In this document: in pieces, positions 11,738 to 22,804 of the stretch
Numbering within the stretch: position 1 is the first letter of the stretch
Layout of the letters: each line of letters starts with the position of its first letter
Assembly (NCBI GenBank): GCA_016842005.1
Contig: JAENYD010000009.1
Location: 20,315-84,314 of the forward strand
Direction: 5' to 3'
DNA from: Clostridium thermobutyricum
GTDB lineage: Bacteria; Bacillota; Clostridia; Ch29
DNA length: 64,000 nt
Notes under the pieces: model-generated
The model's input: only the letters and a program-made list of their open reading frames with translations
What the model was told of the DNA's origin: nothing
Databases searched by the model: none
Position numbers and translations under genes: made by a program

Positions 11738-12231
11738 GATACCTTCCCTACTTCATCAATAAAATCCCTGACTATTGCCCTGTTTGTATTGCTGTCAAGG
11801 GTTTTCCCGATTACCTTCTGGGCCCCCAGTATTGCCAGGTCCACAACCTGTGCCTTTAATTCGGCCATAGCCTTTTCCTTTTCCAGATTAATATCCCTGC
11901 GGGCCCCTGCCAGTATCCTCTCTCTCTCTCTTTTGGCTTCCCGGATGATTTCCTGCCTCTGCTCCTCCGCCCTGGCAACGGCATCCCTCATAATCCTCTG
12001 CGCCTCTTCCCGGATATCACCCAGCCGGGCCTCATATTCCTCCTTAAGCCTCCGGGCCTGTTCCTCTTTTTCCCTGGCCGATGCAATACTATGCCGGATC
12101 CGCTCCCTCCGGGATGCCATAAACCCCGATACCGGCCTGAATAAAAAATGTCTTAAAAGCAGAAACAGCACCAGTGTATTTATAAGCTGGAGCACCATAT
12201 TGAAGTCAATGCCCACAAGATTTGCCGTCAT
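11734..12231 (-). CDS. atpF: Fo subunit b
   Basis: N-terminal TM (QLINTLVLFLLLRHFLFRPV), RRERI, long charged coiled coil. Confidence 0.95.
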   Translation of the reverse strand: MTANLVGIDFNMVLQLINTLVLFLLLRHFLFRPVSGFMASRRERIRHSIASAREKEEQARRLKEEYEARLGDIREEAQRIMRDAVARAEEQRQEIIREAKRERERILAGARRDINLEKEKAMAELKAQVVDLAILGAQKVIGKTLDSNTNRAIVRDFIDEVGKVS

Positions 12232-12255
12232 ATTGCAGTCCTCCTTTGCCGGCTG

Positions 12256-13537
<1,282 letters not shown>

Positions 13538-13627
13538 TCATCTTTCTGCACCACAGTTGACCGCTCCTGTTGCTCCAGCTTCTTCTGCCGGAGGAGATGA
13601 AAAACCTCCGCTGAAAGAAATTTTCCT

Positions 13628-14296
13628 TTATTCCATGGCCAGGGATATGAATACCATGGAAAGCATGACGAAAATAAATGTCTGCAGCACACCGGCGAAC
13701 AGGTCAAAATACAGGTGGGGAATCACCGGTACCAGAGCCGGTACTACACTATATAAAAGGTACATAATCACCACCCCGCCCAGGATGTTCCCGAAAAGAC
13801 GAAAGGACAGGGAAAGGGGAGTGGCCAGCTCACCTATGATGTTAAGGGGCAAGAGGAAGGGTATGGGCTCTGCGAACCCTTTTAAATACCCCCCTATCCC
13901 CTTTGCTTTCATCCCGTAATAGTGTATGCTTATAAAGGTTATTATCGAAAGGGCCATGGTGGTATTGAGGTCCGCCGTGGGAGGCCTCAGGGCAAATAAT
14001 CCCGACAGATTGGCCGCCAGGAGATAAAGGGCCAGGGTACCCATGTAAGGGGCAAACCCTGCCTTGTCCTCTCCCATTGTCTGGACAGTGAGATTTTCTA
14101 TGCCCTCCACTATTGTCTCCACAACATTCTGTAGCGGTCCGGGGACATCCCGGAACCGTCTGGTGGATACAAAGGCGAATACAATCAAAACCGCCATTAT
14201 TATCCATGTTGTGGTTACTGTCTCGGTAACCCCTGTACCCCCTATAACGGGTATCCAGTCGGGCAAATAGAAGTGTATTTTAGGTGCAAACTCCAT
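13628..14296 (-). CDS. atpB: Fo subunit a
   Basis: Start reassigned to ATG 14296 (RBS GGAGGA). PGPLQNVVE, PTADLNTT, SLSFRLFGNILGG (essential Arg), LQTFIF. Confidence 0.95.
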   Translation of the reverse strand: MEFAPKIHFYLPDWIPVIGGTGVTETVTTTWIIMAVLIVFAFVSTRRFRDVPGPLQNVVETIVEGIENLTVQTMGEDKAGFAPYMGTLALYLLAANLSGLFALRPPTADLNTTMALSIITFISIHYYGMKAKGIGGYLKGFAEPIPFLLPLNIIGELATPLSLSFRLFGNILGGVVIMYLLYSVVPALVPVIPHLYFDLFAGVLQTFIFVMLSMVFISLAME

Positions 14297-14337
14297 ATCC
14301 GGTCCTCCTGCAAAAATGGATACTGGGTAATCGGATG

Positions 14338-14745
14338 TCAGCGGTAATCCCAAAAACCCTTTTTAATCAATCCTCTGCTATCAACAATATTATTTACCAG
14401 TATTATTATTTTAATTAATAAAATCCCTGTTATTGTCGCCACCGTATTAATATAGTCCGATTTCAGCGCAATCAGGATTACCGCACCGGTTAAAAAATAT
14501 CTTATGCAATACCCTGATACCGCATGTACGGCAGCCTTCCTTTCAGGCATGGTTACCGCCCTTTCAACCGACAGGGCCAGCAGGCGGAAATTGAGCATGG
14601 AAAACATACCCCCCAGGGTAAAACCGCAGAATATTCCGTAAAAATCACAAAAAACTGCCATTACGGGTATGGCAGCAATATATATGATGACCGCTTTCCG
14701 CATTATGGACTTTTGCAGTTCCCACGTACCCTTCACTGATATCAC
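14338..14745 (-). CDS. atpI: ATP synthase subunit I (c-ring assembly factor)
   Basis: 135 aa, 4 TM; GFTLGG..SMLNFRLL, SGYCIRY; directly upstream of atpB. Confidence 0.85.
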   Translation of the reverse strand: MISVKGTWELQKSIMRKAVIIYIAAIPVMAVFCDFYGIFCGFTLGGMFSMLNFRLLALSVERAVTMPERKAAVHAVSGYCIRYFLTGAVILIALKSDYINTVATITGILLIKIIILVNNIVDSRGLIKKGFWDYR

Positions 14746-14960
14746 TTCTTCCTGGTGCTTTTATATGCCAGGTGATAGAGATTCCTGAACGAGGCCAGTA
14801 CCCCTATGATGCTGAACACTATGAGCAGTACATACCCTGTACCCAGTCTTTCATCCAGGTATTTTCCCGCTACCACGCCGATGATAATTGGCAGGGCCAT
14901 GGAAAGGCCCAGCTGTGTGATTAGGGCCAGGGTTTTGAATATACCCATATCCTCTTTCAT
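14742..14960 (-). CDS. AtpZ/AtpI-family small membrane protein (first gene of the atp operon)
   Basis: 72 aa; ALITQLGLSMALPIIIG..GKYLDERLGT; two TM helices. Confidence 0.85.
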   Translation of the reverse strand: MKEDMGIFKTLALITQLGLSMALPIIIGVVAGKYLDERLGTGYVLLIVFSIIGVLASFRNLYHLAYKSTRKK

Positions 14961-15027
14961 TTATTGTACCCCCCAACAGAATATATATTTATTCTAACCC
15001 GATTACCTCAAATATTTGAAATATAAT

Positions 15028-15051
15028 AAAAAAGCCGGATTTACCCGACTT
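15028..15051 (-). terminator. Intrinsic terminator after the small acidic ORF
   Basis: On - strand AAGTCGG-GTAAAT-CCGGCTT followed by a T-tract. Confidence 0.6.
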
Positions 15052-15072
15052 AAGATTCATATCATAATCAAT

Positions 15073-15258
15073 TTAACTCATGCTATAATAATATTCTTCA
15101 TCTAATACAATGGTTTCTGCTTCTTCATCTATCCTGGTATATTCTAAAGAACCTTCTTCAACTGGGGCGTATTCACCGTTCTTTGCACGTCTTAAAAACG
15201 TTAAAAGTACTTCTTGTTCTTTTATGTCCTTACCTTTTTCTTTCCTGCCTTCTGCCAT
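15073..15258 (-). CDS. Small acidic hypothetical protein (61 aa) coupled to the protease gene
   Basis: ATG 15258 with strong RBS AAAGGAGG right after the upstream stop; MAEGRKEK..LTFLRRAKNG..DEEYYYSMS. Confidence 0.65.
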   Translation of the reverse strand: MAEGRKEKGKDIKEQEVLLTFLRRAKNGEYAPVEEGSLEYTRIDEEAETIVLDEEYYYSMS

Positions 15259-15271
15259 ACAAAAACCTCCT

Positions 15272-16456
15272 TTAATCAATAATCTTTTTCCCGGTTTTAC
15301 TTTCTATATCATTTCTAATACCGCTAAGGTCTATTTCAAAACCACATCCGCAAATTAATTTATTATTTTTCGGAAAAAGTCTAACCCCTTTATCTTTCAT
15401 ATCCTTATCTATAATAGGGTCATCAATAAACTTTGCATAAAATTTATGCGTTTCCCCGCACTTTTGGCATTTAACTTCAATTTCCACAGCACCCGATTCT
15501 GTGCTGGTAGGGGGCTTTTGAGCTTTGCGCAAAGCATTAGTGGGAACAGCATCTTTAGTAATTTTAACATCATAAGTAGCAAATAATTTATAGGTACTGG
15601 TAGACATAAAAAGCAATCTCAATACTGTTTGTATCTTATATACAATATCGGCTAATTTGATTTGGTCATCAACTCTTGTAATTTTTAAGCCTATTTCTTC
15701 TAGATCATCAATTTTAATAGAACGCCCATGACTTCTCCATTTACCATGATTAGTCAGTTCATGGGCTATTTCTGCAGCTCTTTCCAATTTTTTCTTTTCT
15801 GAGACTTTTATTCCTCTGGCTTCAGTAATATTCCAATCTTTAAATTTATATCTGCTTAACCAATCAATAACTAAATCTTTAGCGAACTCCAGAGAATTAT
15901 TAACACCTTTTAGTTCCCCGGGACTTATTTGGGCAACCATTGTAGCGTCAAATGGATTTAATTTGCCTTGTTTTTCAGCCTGATCTCTCTTTTCCTTCAC
16001 CCATTCCATATAATCATAGGCCGATATGGTTGACCTTCCAACTCGTACCTGCGCATCTATAGGACCTAAACTCCCGCTTTCTGTCATCAAAATTTCGTTC
16101 CCTGATAGTACAATTATTGTTCCAGCACTTTTAGCTTCTCCTGAAACAACAAATCCTATGTAATCAAATTTACTTCTTAAAAATCTTACAATCTCTTCGG
16201 CAGCGGCTCCACTTCCTCCTGGTGTCTCAATATAAAAATCAAGTTTTTTAGTTTTGATATCTTTTAGCATATCGAATATAACATAATAATCATCCATACT
16301 TAATGGCAAATCAGGAATGGGCTTGCCCATTGCTCCAGCATAAATTATTAAATACGTATCTCTAATCTCATTATATTCTTCAATCAATCTGCGCAACTCA
16401 TTATTTAAGTCCAGAACACTCATTTTTTTACTCATATACTCTCCCAGTAAACCCAC
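15272..16456 (-). CDS. SDH/S49-like Clp-fold serine protease with a C-terminal Cys-rich (Zn-ribbon-like) domain
   Basis: GTG 16456 with RBS AAAGAGGTG. IETPGGSG, AKSAGTII (nucleophile Ser), GSLGPIDAQ, SHGRSI; C-terminal CQKC..ICGCG. Visibly AT-rich compared with the flanks. Confidence 0.8.
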   Translation of the reverse strand: MGLLGEYMSKKMSVLDLNNELRRLIEEYNEIRDTYLIIYAGAMGKPIPDLPLSMDDYYVIFDMLKDIKTKKLDFYIETPGGSGAAAEEIVRFLRSKFDYIGFVVSGEAKSAGTIIVLSGNEILMTESGSLGPIDAQVRVGRSTISAYDYMEWVKEKRDQAEKQGKLNPFDATMVAQISPGELKGVNNSLEFAKDLVIDWLSRYKFKDWNITEARGIKVSEKKKLERAAEIAHELTNHGKWRSHGRSIKIDDLEEIGLKITRVDDQIKLADIVYKIQTVLRLLFMSTSTYKLFATYDVKITKDAVPTNALRKAQKPPTSTESGAVEIEVKCQKCGETHKFYAKFIDDPIIDKDMKDKGVRLFPKNNKLICGCGFEIDLSGIRNDIESKTGKKIID

Positions 16457-16522
16457 ATTTATACACCTCTTTACCATTTTATTCTAAATGGTCGGGTTCT
16501 AACTGCTCCAGTTATTATTAAT

Positions 16523-16549
16523 ATTCTCGCCTTTTCTAAGTTTTCCTTC
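16523..16549 (-). promoter_or_regulatory. SigH-like promoter for the protease cassette
   Basis: On - strand GAAGGAAAA-11 nt-CGAGAAT (AGGA to GAAT spacing 17 nt). Confidence 0.45.
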
Positions 16550-16562
16550 AATTTGTTACAAA

Positions 16563-16590
16563 AAAAAGGCGTGCAGCTACACGCCTTTTT
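16563..16590 (-). terminator. Intrinsic terminator ending the V/A-ATPase operon (overlaps the ntpD stop)
   Basis: AAAAAGGCGTG-6 nt-CACGCCTTTTT, with an extended T-tract on the - strand. Confidence 0.75.
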
Positions 16591-17224
16591 CCATAACCAT
16601 ATCCTTGACCTTCATCAGCCTTGTAATGTTACCCCGCTCGTTCTCGTCCAGCTTCATGGTAATATACTTGATGGCCTCGGACATATTGGGTATCATTACA
16701 TATTCCAGGGCGTTAACCCTGCGCCTTGTCTTTTCTATTTCAATGGCCATCAACTGACAGCCTTTCTCTATCTCGGCCAGCTTTAAAAGCTTGGGCAGTA
16801 TCCCCGCAAGAATGGATATGGCGTTATCCAGTTCACCGGAGGTACCGGCGAAACCGTAAGGATAGGACTTTTCGCCGCCGGCTTCCCGTTCATCATCCTT
16901 CATTATATTGATGGCGGGAATACGGACGCTCATGACATTTTTGACGGCTACGTCTATATCCACTTTGTCCACGGGATACATGAGGCTTTCCTCCAGCACC
17001 TCGCCGGACATAACGCCCCTGGCCATCACAAAATTCCCGAAAGCCTCTGACAGGTCCCTTTCAATCTCTTCCCTGAGCTCCTTGTTCTGTCTTACCAGTT
17101 CAATGAACTTTTTGACAAGTTCATCCTGCTTGTCTTTGAGGAGCTTATGCCCTCTGCTGGCAACCTTAACCCTTTTCTTAAGCTTTGTCAGCTCCATACG
17201 GGTCGGGTTAACTCGTATTTTCAC
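16577..17224 (-). CDS. ntpD: V/A-type ATPase subunit D
   Basis: VNPTRMEL, RGHKLLKDKQDEL, IEKTRRRVNALE, LDENERG. Confidence 0.96.
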   Translation of the reverse strand: MKIRVNPTRMELTKLKKRVKVASRGHKLLKDKQDELVKKFIELVRQNKELREEIERDLSEAFGNFVMARGVMSGEVLEESLMYPVDKVDIDVAVKNVMSVRIPAINIMKDDEREAGGEKSYPYGFAGTSGELDNAISILAGILPKLLKLAEIEKGCQLMAIEIEKTRRRVNALEYVMIPNMSEAIKYITMKLDENERGNITRLMKVKDMVMEKGV

Positions 17225-17227
17225 GGC

Positions 17228-18610
17228 TTACAACTCCTTTTTCTCAGGCAGATACTTTTCGATATATTCATCCCTTATCCTCTTCAGCTCTGCCTTGGGA
17301 AGAATAGCAAGAAGCTCCCATCCTATCTGCAGCGTTTCTTCAATAGAACGGTTTTCATATTCGCCCTGGGATACATACCTCTTTTCAAATTCATCGGCAA
17401 ATTTGGCAAACAGCTTGTCAGTATCGCTCAAAGCCGCTTCGCCGAGGATTACCGCCAGTTCCTTCGCCTCTTTACCTCTGGCATAGGCGGCAAACAGCTG
17501 GTTCATGGTATCCGCATGGTCTTCCCTTGTTTTCCCTTTGCCTATACCCTTGTCCTTAAGCCTTGACAGGGACGGCAGAACATCTATAGGAGGCATGACG
17601 CCCTTACGGTACAGCTCCCTGCTGAGGATTACCTGACCCTCGGTAATATACCCGGTAAGGTCGGGTATGGGATGGGTCTTGTCGTCTTCGGGCATGGTCA
17701 GTATGGGTATCTGGGTAACAGACCCTTCTTTGTCCAGCAGCCGTCCCGCCCTTTCATAAATGGTGGACAGGTCGGTGTACATGTATCCGGGATAACCCCT
17801 CCTGCCGGGCACCTCCTTACGGGCTGCCGACACCTCCCTCAGGGCTTCACAGTAATTGGTTATATCAGTCAGTATTACCAGGACGTGCATACCTTTTTCA
17901 TAGGCCAGGTACTCGGCTGCCGTCAGGGCCATCCTGGGGGTGGCAATACGCTCTATGGCAGGGTCATTGGCCAGGTTTATGAAGAGTACCGACCGGTCTA
18001 TGGCCCCGGTTTTCCTGAAGTCGGTAATGAAGTAGTTGGCCTCCTCAAAGGTTATACCTATAGCCGCAAACACAACGGCAAACTTGCTTTCGCCGCCCAG
18101 CACCTTTGCCTGACGGGCAATCTGAGCCGCCAGCTGGGAGTGGGGCAGTCCGGACCCTGAGAATATGGGGAGCTTTTGTCCCCTGACCAGGGTGTTAAGA
18201 CCGTCTATGGCAGAAACCCCTGTCTGAATAAACTCTTCAGGATAATCCCTTGCAGTGGGGTTTATAGGCGCACCGTTTATATCCAGCCTTTTTTCAGGTA
18301 TCACTTTGGGACCGTTGTCTCTGGGCCGGCCGAATCCGTCAAAAACCCGGCCCAGGATGTCTGCAGATACGGGCAATTCCAGGCCCTTACCCAGGAACCT
18401 TACCTTAGTGTCGTTAACGTTAATGCCTGTGGAACCTTCAAAAAGCTGTATCAAAGCCTTATCCCTGTCTATTTCCAGGACCTTGCCCCTGCGCACTTCA
18501 CCGCTGCCAAGTTCTATCTCGACCAGTTCGTCATAACTGGCACCTTCCACCCCTTCTACCATCATAAGGGGACCGGCTACCTCTTTAATGGTTCTGTATT
18601 CTTTAAGCAC
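17228..18610 (-). CDS. ntpB: V/A-type ATPase subunit B
   Basis: [52 protein letters not shown]. Confidence 0.97.
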   Translation of the reverse strand: MLKEYRTIKEVAGPLMMVEGVEGASYDELVEIELGSGEVRRGKVLEIDRDKALIQLFEGSTGINVNDTKVRFLGKGLELPVSADILGRVFDGFGRPRDNGPKVIPEKRLDINGAPINPTARDYPEEFIQTGVSAIDGLNTLVRGQKLPIFSGSGLPHSQLAAQIARQAKVLGGESKFAVVFAAIGITFEEANYFITDFRKTGAIDRSVLFINLANDPAIERIATPRMALTAAEYLAYEKGMHVLVILTDITNYCEALREVSAARKEVPGRRGYPGYMYTDLSTIYERAGRLLDKEGSVTQIPILTMPEDDKTHPIPDLTGYITEGQVILSRELYRKGVMPPIDVLPSLSRLKDKGIGKGKTREDHADTMNQLFAAYARGKEAKELAVILGEAALSDTDKLFAKFADEFEKRYVSQGEYENRSIEETLQIGWELLAILPKAELKRIRDEYIEKYLPEKKEL

Positions 18611-20375
18611 TCAGGACACCTCCCTCGGAAACCAGGCTCTCCAGTTCCTTCCTGACTTCTTCTTTCACTGCTTCAATCTTGTCCATCTCGGTTTCTGACA
18701 GGTACTTCATCCTGGCTATTTTCTCCCTTACGGGATGGACTTCTATTTCCTTGAAGGAAGCCCCCGCTTCCATGGCCTTTTCGGCTTCGTCCCGGAATAC
18801 GAGAATGGTCTTGAGCATCTCATACTGCTTCTTGAGAGAAGCATAGGTATCCACTTCGTGAAATGCATTCTGGTGCAGGAAGTCCTCCCTTATGGACTTG
18901 GCAACCTCCAGTATCAGCCTGTCTTTAATGGACAGGGCATCAATACCTACCAGCCGCACAATCTCCTGGAGTTCCGCTTCCACCTGGAGAAGCCTCATGG
19001 CTTCAGCCCGCAGTGCACCCCAATCCTTATCCACATTTTCCTCCAGCCATCCTTCCACAGTATCCAGGTACAGGGAATAGCTGGTCAGCCAGTGAATAGC
19101 GGGGAAGTGACGGCTGTAAGCCAGGGAAGCATCCAGGGCCCAGAACACTTTTACGACCCGCAGGGTGCCCTGTGTAACAGGCTCGGACAGGTCTCCGCCC
19201 GGAGGCGATACGGCGCCTACCGCTGTGACAGCGCCCTCTCTGCCCTCACTGCCTGCACAGACAACCCGTCCCGCCCGTTCATAGAACTCCGCCAGCCGGG
19301 ATGCCAGATATGCGGGATAACCCTCTTCACCGGGCATCTCTTCAAGACGTCCGGACATTTCCCTGAGGGCCTCCGCCCAGCGGGATGTGGAGTCGGCCAT
19401 CAGGGCTACGCTGTACCCCATATCCCTGAAATATTCCGCTATGGTTATACCGGTGTATATGGACGCCTCCCGGGCGGCAACCGGCATGTTGGAGGTATTG
19501 GCAATAAGCACGGTTCGCTTCATAAGCGGTTCCCCGGATTTCGGGTCCACCAGTTCCGGGAATTCCATAAGCACGTCGGTCATCTCATTGCCCCGCTCGC
19601 CGCAGCCTATATATACAACTATATCCGCATCAGCCCACTTTGCCAGCTGGTGCTGGATGACAGTCTTTCCGCTTCCGAAGGGCCCGGGGATACAGGCAAC
19701 GCCTCCTTTTGCCACAGGGAAGAACATATCCACAACCCTTTGACCGGTGGTCATGGGCTGGAGGGGGGGCAGCTTTTCCTTGTAGGGCCTGATACGTCTG
19801 ACAGGCCACCTCTGCAGCATCTGGACTTCCTTTACACCGTCCCCGGTCTCAATCTCTGCGATGGTATCCTCTATAGTGGCGGCGCCCGAATGTATTTTAA
19901 CCACTTTTCCTTCTATCCCGTGGGGAACCATTATCTTGTGGTCCACCAGAACCGTTTCTTTTACCACGCCCAGTATATCCCCGCCTGTAACGCTGTCTCC
20001 GGCCTTGACCACAGGCTGGAAATCCCATTTCTTTTTCCGGTCCAGGGCGGGCACTTCAATACCCCTGGTTATAAAGTCTCCGGCCTCTTTCTTGATAAGG
20101 TCCAGGGGCCTCTGAATACCGTCAAATATTGCCTCAATAATGCCGGGAGCCAGTTCCACGCTCAGCGGGACCCCGGTACCTTCCACCGGGTCCCCGGGGG
20201 TGAGGCCGGCAGTTTCTTCATATACCTGTATTGAGGCGATACCGCTCTTTATTTCGATAATCTCCCCGATCAAACGCTGTTTTCCCACCCTGACAACGTC
20301 AAACATCTTGGCATCATCAAGGCCTTCAGCCATAACCAGGGGACCAGAAATCTTAGTTATCCTACCTTGTCTCAA
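18603..20375 (-). CDS. ntpA: V/A-type ATPase subunit A (catalytic)
   Basis: [45 protein letters not shown]; no intein. Confidence 0.97.
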   Translation of the reverse strand: MRQGRITKISGPLVMAEGLDDAKMFDVVRVGKQRLIGEIIEIKSGIASIQVYEETAGLTPGDPVEGTGVPLSVELAPGIIEAIFDGIQRPLDLIKKEAGDFITRGIEVPALDRKKKWDFQPVVKAGDSVTGGDILGVVKETVLVDHKIMVPHGIEGKVVKIHSGAATIEDTIAEIETGDGVKEVQMLQRWPVRRIRPYKEKLPPLQPMTTGQRVVDMFFPVAKGGVACIPGPFGSGKTVIQHQLAKWADADIVVYIGCGERGNEMTDVLMEFPELVDPKSGEPLMKRTVLIANTSNMPVAAREASIYTGITIAEYFRDMGYSVALMADSTSRWAEALREMSGRLEEMPGEEGYPAYLASRLAEFYERAGRVVCAGSEGREGAVTAVGAVSPPGGDLSEPVTQGTLRVVKVFWALDASLAYSRHFPAIHWLTSYSLYLDTVEGWLEENVDKDWGALRAEAMRLLQVEAELQEIVRLVGIDALSIKDRLILEVAKSIREDFLHQNAFHEVDTYASLKKQYEMLKTILVFRDEAEKAMEAGASFKEIEVHPVREKIARMKYLSETEMDKIEAVKEEVRKELESLVSEGGVLSA

Positions 20376-20704
20376 TTGTCTCCTCCCTCGCTTTCGAAGA
20401 GTATGTCTACTCCTATTGCTCTTTCTACAGAGCTTTTTATTTTTTCCATTCCTATACCCAGTGAGCCCTGATTGTTGGGTATAAGTATTATGGCAGGCAA
20501 AACCTCGTTCTCATATTCTTCTATCATATCTTCTATCTGGCCCGCGACCTGTTCGGTAATAAATATGACGGCATATTTATCCTTTGCCAGGGTCCTCAGG
20601 GTCTTTTTGGCTTCATCCCTGTCGATAACCGGAAAAGTACCCACGCCGAGAGCCTTAAAGGCCAGTACCGTATCCTTGTCTCCTATTACTCCAATCCTAT
20701 ACAT
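20372..20704 (-). CDS. V/A-type ATPase subunit F
   Basis: [34 protein letters not shown]; start could also be 20710. Confidence 0.92.
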   Translation of the reverse strand: MYRIGVIGDKDTVLAFKALGVGTFPVIDRDEAKKTLRTLAKDKYAVIFITEQVAGQIEDMIEEYENEVLPAIILIPNNQGSLGIGMEKIKSSVERAIGVDILFESEGGDN

Positions 20705-21698
20705 AAACATCACGCAACCTTTCCCGCAGTTTGTCCGCCGGTATCCCGTTTATCTTCCCGACCATGACCATGCGTATGACCTTGACTTCATTCTCTACCG
20801 CCCTCAGGAAGCCTATAATCGGGAGAATACCGAAGGCTGCGTATTTCCCTGCCCTGGCCAGACCGAGCAGGAAGTTGTCACTTACCTTTTCCATCACGGT
20901 GGAATCCCCTGTATCCAGCCATGACTGGACTCCTTCCACCGCAATCCTGTCATATTTAGTTGCATGCAACCTGTCGGCAAAACTGCTGACAGGTTCGTTC
21001 ACAGCATCCAGAAAGAATGACCTGTCCAAGAATCCCCCTTCAAGGATTACGGTTTCCAGGAACTTTGCGTCCTTGCCCATCTTCTTAACCCGCAGGAAGC
21101 TGTTCATATTGATTACGTCTATCTCCGACTTCAGTATTCCCGTCAGACCGGCGTCATTTATTTCTGCTGCCAGCTCCGTAAGGGCTGCAAACAAAGCCCT
21201 GTCCAGGATTAAATCTATTCTCTGGGGGTCCCTGCTTAACTGGAAATCAGCCATTGCTTCTTCACAGGCATCTTTCAGGAAAGGGGGCAGACTGCCGAAT
21301 TCTTCATCTGCTACAGCCTTCCTGATGATCTCAATGTCCACCGACCCCAGACGAGAAAGGATATACCCGTAATCCTCCTCCAGGTATTTCTGCTTCAGGA
21401 GGACTTTCAGATTGTGAAAATCGTATCTCATCTTGGAAAAAAGCGAAAACCTGCTGTCCCTTGTGGAATCGTCTATGACCTTGTAGGTGGATTTCAAGCT
21501 CGCCTCCAGTGCCTTTTCGAAGTCATGAACGCTGTCCACTTCCGCAAAATAGCTGCCATAGTCCGTTTCGCCCAGGATTTTCAATGCGCTTTCCGGAGTT
21601 GGGGCCTCTAACATTCTTTCAACCGTGTTTCTGGTAAGGAGATTATTTTCCAGGGCCTTTATCCTGGATACTGCGTACAAATACTTTGTATCCTTCAT
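20697..21698 (-). CDS. ntpC: V/A-type ATPase subunit C
   Basis: Start reassigned to ATG 21698; YAVSRIKALENNLL, YDFHNLK, IDLILDR, ENEVKVIR..LRERLR. Confidence 0.93.
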   Translation of the reverse strand: MKDTKYLYAVSRIKALENNLLTRNTVERMLEAPTPESALKILGETDYGSYFAEVDSVHDFEKALEASLKSTYKVIDDSTRDSRFSLFSKMRYDFHNLKVLLKQKYLEEDYGYILSRLGSVDIEIIRKAVADEEFGSLPPFLKDACEEAMADFQLSRDPQRIDLILDRALFAALTELAAEINDAGLTGILKSEIDVINMNSFLRVKKMGKDAKFLETVILEGGFLDRSFFLDAVNEPVSSFADRLHATKYDRIAVEGVQSWLDTGDSTVMEKVSDNFLLGLARAGKYAAFGILPIIGFLRAVENEVKVIRMVMVGKINGIPADKLRERLRDVYV

Positions 21699-21711
21699 TG
21701 AGGTCCCCCCT

Positions 21712-22299
21712 CTATTCCTGGAAAAGGATTTCCGCAATTTGTGTTTCTATCTGATCCCTCTCCATCCTTATTAATGTATCAAAAGAATTATTAATCTCAA
21801 TACCCGTGGACTTCAGTATGAAACCGCCCTTGATATTCCTTTCCTCTCCGGACAGTTTCAGGTCGAGCCCCAGTTTGCTGTTGATATCCTTTAAAAGCCC
21901 TTTTTCGAACAACTGCCTGTCCCCGGCAGAGACTATAATCTCTTCGTCCCCGTTTGCGCCGGCATCTTTGACCATCTTCATCACAAGGGCTTTGTACTCT
22001 TTACCCTTAAGGTTTTGCAGTCTCCCAAGGGCTTCATCGAATGCCCGGTCAATGAGCTTCTGCTTGATGGCCAGTTCTTCCTTCCTTATATCCAGCTCTG
22101 CCATTGCCAGCATTCTTCTTCTGGCTTCTTCCGCTTCCTCCCGGCCTTTCTCCCGGAGTTTCGCCCTGAGGCTTTCCGCCTCTTTGGAAGCCTGTTCCAT
22201 GACTTCCGCAACCTTGCCTTCCGCTTCCTTTATTATATCTTCGGCCTGAGCCCTGGCATCTTCCAGAATCCTGTCCTTTATTCTCTGCATTCCCTGCAT
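21712..22299 (-). CDS. ntpE: V/A-type ATPase subunit E
   Basis: N-terminal coiled coil, C-terminal GGFIL..IEINNSFD. Confidence 0.92.
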   Translation of the reverse strand: MQGMQRIKDRILEDARAQAEDIIKEAEGKVAEVMEQASKEAESLRAKLREKGREEAEEARRRMLAMAELDIRKEELAIKQKLIDRAFDEALGRLQNLKGKEYKALVMKMVKDAGANGDEEIIVSAGDRQLFEKGLLKDINSKLGLDLKLSGEERNIKGGFILKSTGIEINNSFDTLIRMERDQIETQIAEILFQE

Positions 22300-22312
22300 T
22301 TAGGCCACTCCC

Positions 22313-22804
<492 letters not shown>

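Noticed and set aside
18603-20375. Intein in V-ATPase subunit A
   Set aside because: The 590-aa length is normal and the GCGERGNEM region is uninterrupted.
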